Below are positions 38,919-47,588 of a stretch of 64,000 nt of DNA, in pieces. The notes beneath the pieces are model-generated. The model did not search any database. It worked only from the letters and a program-made list of their open reading frames with translations, and was not told where the DNA came from. Source of the stretch: Arenicellales bacterium. Lineage in GTDB: Bacteria > Pseudomonadota > Gammaproteobacteria > Arenicellales > JAJDZL01. Made by a program: the position numbers and the translations under genes. Where the stretch lies: NCBI GenBank assembly GCA_965232345.1, contig OZ246969.1, forward strand, positions 168 through 64,167. The letters are read 5' to 3'. Position 1 is the first letter of the stretch. Each line of letters starts with the position of its first letter.

Positions 38919-40463
38919 TCAGATCATGGAACCTGTCTGCGGATGAGAGCGTTCGGATGACTCGAGGCGATTCATTGCGTTGATATAAGCCTTGACCGAT
39001 GCGATAACAATATCAGTATCAGCGCCGTGGCCATTGACAACACGGCCATTCTCGCGGAGTCGAACACTCACCTCGCCCAGCGCGTCCGTACCTTCCGTGA
39101 TGCTGTTTACCGAGTAGAGCTCCAAGTCGGGATTGCGCTTGATCACCGACTCAATCGCGCGGAACGACGCATCAACAGGGCCGTTTCCATCGGCGGTTGA
39201 GTTGACCGGCTGTCCGTCCACATTCAACGACAGTTGCGCAATCGACTTCTCTCCAGTTTTGGAAGAGACATCCAAACTCGCAAGCTCGAATCGATCGTCC
39301 ACTTGATGAACTCCGGAATCGACCTGCAGACCAATCAGATCATCATCGAATATTTCGTGCTTGCGATCAGCCAAGTTTTTGAAGTTTTCAAATGCAGTCT
39401 GCAATTCCACATCGGATTCGAAACTGAATCCAAGCTGATTCATTCTCTGCTGGAACGCATGACGGCCCGAGTGTTTGCCGAGCACCATCCGATTGGTTGA
39501 CCAGCCTACATCCTCGGCTCGCATGATCTCATAGGTTTCCCGTTTTTTGATCACGCCATCCTGATGAATGCCAGACTCGTGCGCGAACGCATTGGCGCCC
39601 ACAATCGCCTTGTTCGGCTGTACCGGAAAACCCGTTACTGTCGAAACCAATCGGCTCGCAGGCACAATCTGAGTGGTGTCGATATTGGTATCGCAATCAA
39701 ACAGATCCTGCCGAGTTCGCACCGCCATCACAATCTCTTCGAGTGAGGCATTGCCAGCGCGCTCACCCAGACCGTTGATGGTGCACTCAACCTGTCTTGC
39801 GCCTTTCTGCACAGCGGCCAACGAATTGGCCACGGCGACTCCGAGATCGTTGTGACAATGAACCGAGAATATGGCTTTGTCCGCGTTGGGTATCTTTTCC
39901 ATCAGCTGCTCAATTGTCCGTGCGAACTGATCGGGCATGTTATAGCCGACTGTATCCGGAATATTGATGGTGCGCGCGCCTGCATCGATCGCCGCCTCGA
40001 TGATTCTGCACAGAAAATCAAGCTCGGACCGACCGGCGTCTTCAGGTGAGAATTCCACATCGTCGGTGTTGTTGCGAGCCCGCGAGACTGCCCAGACTGC
40101 CCGCTCCAGCACTTGATCCTCATCCATGCGGAGCTTTTCGCGCATGTGAATCGGAGAGGTCGCGATAAAGGTGTGAATACGCTGTGAGCGGGCTGAGCGA
40201 ACCGCTTCAGCGGCGCGGTCCAAGTCACCTTTCACGGCTCTGGCCAACGCGCAGACTGTGCTCTCTTTAATCTCACCCGCGATTTGCCTGACCGCTTCAA
40301 AATCCCCCGGACTTGCCGCCGGAAATCCTGCCTCGATCACGTCCACTCGCATTTTTTCCAGAAGCCTGGCGATTGCAAGCTTCTCATCAGCCGTCATTGA
40401 CGCGCCGGGGCTCTGCTCCCCATCGCGTAAAGTAGTATCAAAAATAATCAGTCGATCCGACAT
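38919..40463 (-). CDS. leuA: 2-isopropylmalate synthase
   Basis: [15 protein letters not shown]…HCHNDLG…, with a C-terminal LeuA dimerisation/regulatory region. The ATG at 40463 is preferred over the TTG at 40478. Confidence 0.95.
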   Translation of the reverse strand: MSDRLIIFDTTLRDGEQSPGASMTADEKLAIARLLEKMRVDVIEAGFPAASPGDFEAVRQIAGEIKESTVCALARAVKGDLDRAAEAVRSARSQRIHTFIATSPIHMREKLRMDEDQVLERAVWAVSRARNNTDDVEFSPEDAGRSELDFLCRIIEAAIDAGARTINIPDTVGYNMPDQFARTIEQLMEKIPNADKAIFSVHCHNDLGVAVANSLAAVQKGARQVECTINGLGERAGNASLEEIVMAVRTRQDLFDCDTNIDTTQIVPASRLVSTVTGFPVQPNKAIVGANAFAHESGIHQDGVIKKRETYEIMRAEDVGWSTNRMVLGKHSGRHAFQQRMNQLGFSFESDVELQTAFENFKNLADRKHEIFDDDLIGLQVDSGVHQVDDRFELASLDVSSKTGEKSIAQLSLNVDGQPVNSTADGNGPVDASFRAIESVIKRNPDLELYSVNSITEGTDALGEVSVRLRENGRVVNGHGADTDIVIASVKAYINAMNRLESSERSHPQTGSMI

Positions 40464-40562
40464 AGCTAAACCTGACAAAATAAAGTATCAAACAAGAACC
40501 CGCCCGCCAATGATATGGTTGGCGGAATATCGTTAGAGGGGATTGAGAAAAAGAAAGCGCGC

Positions 40563-40634
40563 CTAAAGGCGCAGCAGAAGCAGGAGGCTGCTGGCGAATG
40601 AAGCTGTGGGAATTCTAGGAGCTGAGTTTGACAT
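40563..40634 (-). promoter_or_regulatory. Candidate leucine-rich leader peptide (MSNSAPRIPTASFASSLLLLLRL*) with a downstream hairpin, upstream of leuA
   Basis: Hand translation of the minus strand gives 23 codons, with five consecutive Leu codons (CTC CTG CTT CTG CTG) and a sixth Leu after Arg. The stop codon lies inside a GCGCC-TTTA-GGCGC hairpin followed by GCTTTCTTTTTCTC. A second hairpin CCGCCAA/TTGGCGG lies at 40504-40525. The Shine-Dalgarno is weak. Confidence 0.4.
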
Positions 40635-40716
40635 AGGCATTGATGTTATACCTTATCGGCATTCATATTGCAAATGTTTTGAGGGACTTCAAAATGTTCA
40701 CAAGCAAGTGGTATTC

Positions 40717-40766
40717 AATATTTAGGTTAGTGATACTGCTTCGCAGCGATCACTAACCTAAATATT
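40717..40766. repeat. Palindromic element copy B (reverse complement of copy A at 6947-6994)
   Basis: AATATTTAGGTTAGTGAT-ACTGCTTCGCAGCG-ATCACTAACCTAAATATT. The arms match copy A (copy A's right arm diverges at its outer end) and the loop is the reverse complement of copy A's loop. Confidence 0.85.
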
Positions 40767-40844
40767 GGTGTACAAGAAGGAGAGCAATCGAATACCGACT
40801 CGAATTTTAGATACAGTTATGAAAAGAAGAGGTAATCTGCACTG

Positions 40845-41288
40845 ATGAGCAAGGGTTATAAAAAGAGGCTTGAAAAGGAATTACGGGAGAACTGGCACAA
40901 TCCTGAATACAGAAACAGTTGGTTGGAAACATCTGCTGAATTGAACAAGGCCTACGGATACACACCGGAGCATCCGGTTGTAGTCGAACTTGAGCGAGAG
41001 CGGAGAATGAAGGAGTTGAATGAAGATCCAGTCAGCGAGTTATTTCAAATGAATTCCAACGCTTCAATAAATATTCAGCAAACTCATCATACTGTTCCTT
41101 CTGATCCTGATCAAACTTCACTAGCTGAGGAACCGCAGAAATTTCCCCGTGGAATATCTCGACAGCCGTTGCATAGGGCAACTCCTCAGGTCTATGGAGA
41201 ATGGCGTCTAGAACTGCGGCAACGGCTTCAAAAAAGACTTCGAGAACAATTTTCTGATCTTCACAGGTGGGATTCTGAATATGCATAG
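40845..41288 (+). CDS. Hypothetical ORF (147 aa); only the first ~60 aa look protein-like
   Basis: It lies in the AT-rich islet. Its 3' two-thirds run antisense to the 41032..41286 ORF, so at most one of the two is likely real over that span. Confidence 0.25.
   Translation: MSKGYKKRLEKELRENWHNPEYRNSWLETSAELNKAYGYTPEHPVVVELERERRMKELNEDPVSELFQMNSNASINIQQTHHTVPSDPDQTSLAEEPQKFPRGISRQPLHRATPQVYGEWRLELRQRLQKRLREQFSDLHRWDSEYA
41032..41286 (-). CDS. Hypothetical small helical protein (~84 aa)
   Basis: Globular-looking composition (…VLEVFFEAVAAVLDAILHRPEELPYATAVEIFHGEI…EYLLKRW). No motif recognised. The ATG at 41286 lies inside the track ORF 41032..41301. Confidence 0.35.
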   Translation of the reverse strand: MHIQNPTCEDQKIVLEVFFEAVAAVLDAILHRPEELPYATAVEIFHGEISAVPQLVKFDQDQKEQYDEFAEYLLKRWNSFEITR

Positions 41289-41686
41289 CCAAATTTTCCA
41301 AGCGAATTGATCCTTTTCATTATTTATAGACAGCAATCATGCACCAGAATCGAATACAGTCAAAAAACAAACGGCTCTTCAAACTACCACCCAATAACAT
41401 TCCTGCAGAAGTACATGAAAGAGCTGAGAAAATCGCTGGAATTCTATTGAATTCGCAACGAATAGAGAAAAATAGGAATTTCAATGAAGAAGTTTGAAGC
41501 CTCTTTCAGTGGATAAGTCAGATGCAGAACTCCAATCTATAGAAGTTATTGAAATGGAAAATTTCCATTTCCGTGACTCCGAAAGTTTTCGCTTCAAGCG
41601 CGAGTTCCTGTTCAGCAAGGCAAGTGTCACCAGCAAATGAAATGCGAGACCCCGAGCAAAATCCAAGGCCTCGCAATTCCATTCAT

Positions 41687-41947
41687 TTACCAGGTTGGGT
41701 AGGGCCCTTCCATGCCAGCTGAAATCTGATCAAGCTCACCTTCATCCAGTTCGACTGACGGTGGAAGCACCAGGTTGACGACTGAACCGCTATCTTCATG
41801 TACGATAATCTTCAGCTCTTCCGGAATTTCCAGATCCACCTCATCACCGATCGTGGCGACCGGATCCTCTTTCAATCGTGTTCGAAACTCTGAATCTTGT
41901 GCCGCTTTGGCAAAAATCTGGTTTCGAAACTCGTCTACTGTAGCCAT
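41687..41947 (-). CDS. NHLP-type (nitrile hydratase leader peptide family) RiPP precursor candidate, with predicted leader …LDQISAG and 8-aa core MEGPYPTW
   Basis: 86 aa. The sequence is FAKAAQDSEFRTRLKEDPVATIGDEVDLEIPEELKIIVHEDSGSVVNLVLPPSVELDEGELDQISAG. It follows the remembered TIGR03793 pattern (KAxxDxxFRxxLxxDPxAxI … LPE … V.E … LVLPP … LSDEELExVAGG). AGGAG sits 7 nt before the ATG. Confidence 0.7.
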   Translation of the reverse strand: MATVDEFRNQIFAKAAQDSEFRTRLKEDPVATIGDEVDLEIPEELKIIVHEDSGSVVNLVLPPSVELDEGELDQISAGMEGPYPTW

Positions 41948-42095
41948 GTCACACTCCTGTGTTTAATTCCAGATATAGATTGGAATCGGAAGCAAATCTT
42001 CATGATTCACACTTTCCGATCTGGTTGCGAATTATACCAAATCGGAAGTTTGCAGATAAAAAAATTGGCGCGCAGAGCAATGTTTGGCGTATGAC

Positions 42096-42899
42096 TTATT
42101 GTTTGCTTTCCGGCCGGCTGCCGCGCTTCGCACGTGCCAGTGCAGGCTGGTTTTTTCGTACCGACTTCTTGGAAAGCCAGATCGCCGGACCGCTCAGCAG
42201 ATAGATCAAGAATAGAGTGAACAGCACACGCGGCGGGTCAAACGAAATCAGCGCGATGCCAAACACCATAAGAATGCTGGTGACAAAAGGCACCCGGCCC
42301 CGAACACCGAAATTCTTGAAACTGAGGTACGGCACGGCGCTCACCATGCCCAGTGCAAGAATGAAAAGCACCGCGGTCGTCATTTCGGCCACCAGCGGAA
42401 TATTCCCCTCCCAGCCAGTCTCTATGACCCACATCCAGCCCACCAGAAAGGCGGCGGCCATTGGACATGGCAATCCCTGAAAATAGTTTGGATTGGGCGA
42501 TGATTGAGTGTTGAACCGGGCGAGACGCAGCGCTGTCGCAGAAACATAGAGAAACGCGCAAAGCCAGCCAACCTTCCCCAGACTCGACACTGACCATTCG
42601 AACACCACCAGCGCAGGAGCCAGGCCGAAACTGATCACGTCAGCCAAGCTGTCGTACTCCTTGCCGAAGTCGCTCGTCGTCTTGGTCAGCCGCGCCACTC
42701 TTCCATCAAGTCCGTCCAGCACCGTAGCAATCAATATTGCGATTGCCGCGTATTCGAACTTGTCAACAGAAGCCTGAATAATCGCGAAGAATCCGAAAAA
42801 CAGCGCGCCTGTTGTCAGCAGGTTGGGCAATACATAGATGCCGCGGCGCCGACGCGTGGATTTTCTTCCCGTTGTTGATTTCTTGGTTTCCAATTGCAT
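42096..42899 (-). CDS. pssA: CDP-diacylglycerol--serine O-phosphatidyltransferase
   Basis: 267 aa with the CDP-alcohol phosphatidyltransferase motif DGLDGRVARLTKTTSDFGKEYDSLADVISFG. Confidence 0.9.
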   Translation of the reverse strand: MQLETKKSTTGRKSTRRRRGIYVLPNLLTTGALFFGFFAIIQASVDKFEYAAIAILIATVLDGLDGRVARLTKTTSDFGKEYDSLADVISFGLAPALVVFEWSVSSLGKVGWLCAFLYVSATALRLARFNTQSSPNPNYFQGLPCPMAAAFLVGWMWVIETGWEGNIPLVAEMTTAVLFILALGMVSAVPYLSFKNFGVRGRVPFVTSILMVFGIALISFDPPRVLFTLFLIYLLSGPAIWLSKKSVRKNQPALARAKRGSRPESKQ

Positions 42900-42976
42900 C
42901 AGAAAAGATTGGCGCTGTCAGCATCTGTATTGCTTTCTGTGCATTTTAGCCGCGAAACGGAAGAAAGCAAAGAAGA

Positions 42977-42991
42977 CTGATCGTCAGGCAG
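42977..42991. repeat. 15-bp direct repeat (left putative target-site duplication) CTGATCGTCAGGCAG
   Basis: It is identical to 45388-45402 and immediately abuts the left terminal inverted repeat. Confidence 0.8.
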
Positions 42992-43274
42992 CAATTCTAA
43001 TTTTGGCATGAGCGTCTGATCACTGTTTCTGCCGATGTCATGCAAGTCATTGTATTCATGCGGTTTGAGCGGCTGAGCCGACGGGCCTGACCGAGCTCTT
43101 TTCCGCCTGCTCAAGCGCCCGAATGCGCTGATTTCGGCGCATTTCAGCCCTTCCGGGCGTCATTTTCCGCCATTTCCGCCGCAGTTTGCGTTTTTTTTTC
43201 GCTCCGCGGGTTGACAATATAGACGCAATGGTCTACCATTGGGGTCCATCGGCAATCCGGACGGACTTCAATCG

Positions 43275-43952
43275 ATGGGCAACGCATATTTCGGCTCCAA
43301 AGCGACCAGCGGCCTGTGCCAGCCGCTGATCGCGCTCATGCCTGAACACGATGTTTTCATCGAGTCGCACCTGGGCAGCGGCGTCATCATGCGGCGCAAG
43401 CCGCCCGCGCTGCGCAGCATCGGCATCGACCTTGACCGGCGCGCGCTGGCGCGCTTCAGCTGCGACTATCCGGTGGAGCTGGTGCACGGCTGCTGCCATG
43501 AGTTCCTGCTGAGCTTCCCGTTTCAGGGTCGGGAATTAGTCTACCTCGACCCGCCGTACGTCCGAAGCCTGCGCCGCTCGTCGAGGCGCTACCGCTTCGA
43601 CTACGAGGACGGCGATCACGTGCGGCTGCTCGGGATCGCGAGGTCGCTGCCGTGCCGGGTGATGATCTCCGGCTACAGCGGCGCGCTGTATGACGAGACG
43701 CTGTCGGACTGGAACACGCTGTCGCTGCAGGTGATGAACCAGGCCGGGGTGGTGACCGAGCGGCTGTGGTTCAACTTCGAGCCGGACCGGGCGCACTGGT
43801 GCCGCTATGCGGGCCGGGACTGCACCGACCGCCAGCGCATCCGGCGCAAGGCCGAGCGCTGGGGGCGGCGCTACGCCAAGATGCCGCACGCCGAGCGCCT
43901 GGCGGTGCTGGCGGAGATGATGGCGGCCGAGTCACAGCTGCCGGGGCGATGA
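43275..43952 (+). CDS. DNA adenine methyltransferase (D12 class, Dam-like)
   Basis: N-terminal YFGSK, FIESHLGSG (AdoMet motif I) and VYLDPPY (motif IV). The track ORF starts at a TTG at 43239, and the ATG at 43275 is preferred. Confidence 0.8.
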   Translation: MGNAYFGSKATSGLCQPLIALMPEHDVFIESHLGSGVIMRRKPPALRSIGIDLDRRALARFSCDYPVELVHGCCHEFLLSFPFQGRELVYLDPPYVRSLRRSSRRYRFDYEDGDHVRLLGIARSLPCRVMISGYSGALYDETLSDWNTLSLQVMNQAGVVTERLWFNFEPDRAHWCRYAGRDCTDRQRIRRKAERWGRRYAKMPHAERLAVLAEMMAAESQLPGR

Positions 43953-45286
43953 GGAAGCGGCTGCTGGTCGACCGCCTGATCGGCGCGCTGCGCGGTCTTT
44001 TCGAGACGGTCGGGGACCCGCGCGCCGGGCGCAACACGCAGCTGCGCTTCGAGGACATCCTGATGGCCGCGTTCTCGGTGTTCTTCATGCAGGCGCCGTC
44101 GTTCCTGGAGCACCAGCGGATGTTCGAAAGGTCCAGGGGCCGCAACGCGGCCGGCTCGCTGTTCGGCATCGGCCGGCTGCCCACCGACAACCACATCCGC
44201 TTCCAGCTGGACCGGATCGAGTCGGCCGAGATCTACGCGGGGTTCGACATCCCGCTCGGCATAATGACAGAATATCAAGCGCTTGAGCCCTATCAGGCGC
44301 TGGGCGGGCGCACCCTGATCGCGCTCGACGGCTCCGAGTTCCACAACTCGCGCAAGATCCACTGCCAGCACTGCCAGACGCGGCTCAGGAACAAGGGCAA
44401 GGACAGCGAGCACACCGAATACTATCACAGCGTGCTGGCGGCCGCACTGGTCGGGCCCGGCCACCCCCACGCGCTGCCGCTTCGCCCGGAGTTCATCTCG
44501 CCGCAGGACGGCGACAGGAAGCAGGACTGCGAGACCAAGGCCGGCTACCGCTGGCTGCGCGGCAACGCGGCGCGCTACGCGGCGCTCAGCCCGGTCTACC
44601 TGGGCGACGACCTGTACGCCAAGCAGCCGATGTGCCGCCTGGTGCTTGAGGCCGGCGCCGACTTCATCTTCCGCGTCAAGACCGACGACCACAAGACCCT
44701 GTTCGAGTATCTCGCCGGCATGGACTGGCCGCGCCGGACCGTCGAGCAGCGGACCCCGCGCGGCCGCCCGAACAAGGAGTTCCATTACCTGTGGAGCAGC
44801 TGCAAGCTGCCGCTGGCGGGCGGCAGCAATCCGCTGCAGGTCTACTATGCGGAGCTGCAGATCAAAAACGCCGGCGCCAGAAAACCGACCGCCATCTACC
44901 GCTTCGTCACCTCCATCCGGCCCGGCCCGCACAATGTCGCGGAGATCGTCGCCTGCGGCCGCACCCGCTGGAAGATCGAGAATGAGACCTTCAACATCCT
45001 CAAGAACCAGGGCTGCCACATCGAGCACAACTTCGGCCACGGCGAGAACGGCCTGTCCAACACGCTGCTGACCCTGAACCTGCTCGCCTTCACCTTCCAT
45101 GCGGTGTGCTTCCAGCTGTGCGCGCTGTGGCTGGCGGCCCAGCGGCAGTGCTGCCGCAGACGGCGCTTCTTCCTGACCCTGGACCTGTTCACGCAGTACG
45201 AGCACTTCGGCAGCTGGCGCGCGCTGCTCAGCGCGGTCGCCCACCCCGAGCAGCGGCCGCTCGCCAGATCGCGCGCCCCGCCCTAG
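43949..45286 (+). CDS. DDE-type transposase (IS4/ISNCY-like)
   Basis: ALDGSEF, YLGDDLYA and the C-terminal RTRWKIENETFNILKNQGCHIEHNFGHG block are typical of DDE transposases of the IS4-related superfamily. Its ATG overlaps the methyltransferase stop as ATGA (43949-43952). Confidence 0.8.
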   Translation: MRKRLLVDRLIGALRGLFETVGDPRAGRNTQLRFEDILMAAFSVFFMQAPSFLEHQRMFERSRGRNAAGSLFGIGRLPTDNHIRFQLDRIESAEIYAGFDIPLGIMTEYQALEPYQALGGRTLIALDGSEFHNSRKIHCQHCQTRLRNKGKDSEHTEYYHSVLAAALVGPGHPHALPLRPEFISPQDGDRKQDCETKAGYRWLRGNAARYAALSPVYLGDDLYAKQPMCRLVLEAGADFIFRVKTDDHKTLFEYLAGMDWPRRTVEQRTPRGRPNKEFHYLWSSCKLPLAGGSNPLQVYYAELQIKNAGARKPTAIYRFVTSIRPGPHNVAEIVACGRTRWKIENETFNILKNQGCHIEHNFGHGENGLSNTLLTLNLLAFTFHAVCFQLCALWLAAQRQCCRRRRFFLTLDLFTQYEHFGSWRALLSAVAHPEQRPLARSRAPP

Positions 45287-45387
45287 CTGGTCCAGGCTGC
45301 CCCGCGGCGGTTTCGCGCCGATCATCCGTCATTTTTTTTAACCATGCAGGTGTCAACGATGAAACCTGAGCCCTAAAATTAGAATTG

Positions 45388-45402
45388 CTGATCGTCAGGC
45401 AG
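45388..45402. repeat. 15-bp direct repeat (right putative target-site duplication) CTGATCGTCAGGCAG
   Basis: It is identical to 42977-42991 and contains the psd stop codon (TCA on the plus strand, 45395-45397). Confidence 0.8.
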
Positions 45403-46021
45403 TCGACCCGATTATGTCAGACCCGCCCTTGACTGTGTCTCCAATGCTGACAGAGACGCGATACTCAGGCGGCAGAAACAGCTCCACTCGGGAGCCGAAG
45501 CGGATGAAACCATACTTCTGTCCCTTCTCCACCGTGTCACCCGAGTCGACATAGCACAGAATCCGCCGCGCAATCAGCCCCGCAATCTGGATGCAAGTCA
45601 CTTCGCGAGAATCCTGGGTGCGAATGATGATCGCATTGCGCTCGTTCTCCTCTGCTGACTTGTCCACTGCGGCATTGAGAAACTTGCCGGCTCGATACTC
45701 CTTCCTGACTATCGTTCCGTCAACTGGAATGCGATTCGAATGAACCGAGAAGACATTGAGAAATATCGCAATCCGTGTGGCAGTCTGCCCGCTGATCGGA
45801 TCAATGGCTTCGCCGATAGCAACAACCTTGCCATCTGCCGGTGAGACTACAGAATCCGCATCAGCCGGAACAGCCCTCTGCGGTTCTCGAAAGAACTGAA
45901 GAACGAATAAGGCAATCAGCCAGAATGGAATTGACCAGTATCCACCCGCGGTCAGATTGACAACCAAGGCGGCGAGTAGAGCCGCGGCTGCGAAAGGATA
46001 CCCTTCGCGGGCAAGGCGCAT
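45395..46021 (-). CDS. psd: Phosphatidylserine decarboxylase family protein (short Asd/Psd type)
   Basis: 208 aa with N-terminal TM segments, SPADGKV, and the self-cleavage-type motif FGSRVELFLP. Confidence 0.85.
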   Translation of the reverse strand: MRLAREGYPFAAAALLAALVVNLTAGGYWSIPFWLIALFVLQFFREPQRAVPADADSVVSPADGKVVAIGEAIDPISGQTATRIAIFLNVFSVHSNRIPVDGTIVRKEYRAGKFLNAAVDKSAEENERNAIIIRTQDSREVTCIQIAGLIARRILCYVDSGDTVEKGQKYGFIRFGSRVELFLPPEYRVSVSIGDTVKGGSDIIGSTA

Positions 46022-46026
46022 TGGTC

Positions 46027-47588
<1,562 letters not shown>

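Larger units (their letters stand above)
42992..45387 (+). mobile_element. IS-like transposable element (2,396 bp) carrying a Dam-like DNA methyltransferase and a DDE transposase
   Basis: The terminal inverted repeats are CAATTCTAATTTT (left, 42992-43004) and AAAATTAGAATTG (right, 45375-45387). Identical 15-bp direct repeats flank the element. The interior is visibly much more GC-rich than the flanks, with long stop-free antisense ORFs such as 43871..45325. Confidence 0.8.

Noticed and set aside
6929-40766. The two inverted palindromic elements as the ends of a 33.8-kb composite mobile element or genomic island
   Set aside because: The interior contains core housekeeping genes (dnaQ, rnhA, mltD, leuA, the Mrp cluster). 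It has no integrase or transposase, and no target-site duplication is visible outside the hairpins. Dispersed REP/MITE-like copies are the simpler explanation.
42899-43114. 71-aa ORF on the minus strand directly upstream of pssA
   Set aside because: It runs across the IS left inverted repeat and the 15-bp duplication, so it is a chimera of element and host sequence. It has no motif and no ribosome-binding site.
43536-45325. Several long ORFs antisense to, or out of frame with, the methyltransferase and transposase genes (43536..43889-, 43771..44196-, 43871..45325- at 484 aa, 44646..45071+)
   Set aside because: They lie in the GC-rich insertion, where stop codons are rare in all frames. Their products are Arg/Ala/Pro/Gly-rich low-complexity strings. 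The sense-strand genes carry clear DPPY and DDE-transposase motifs.
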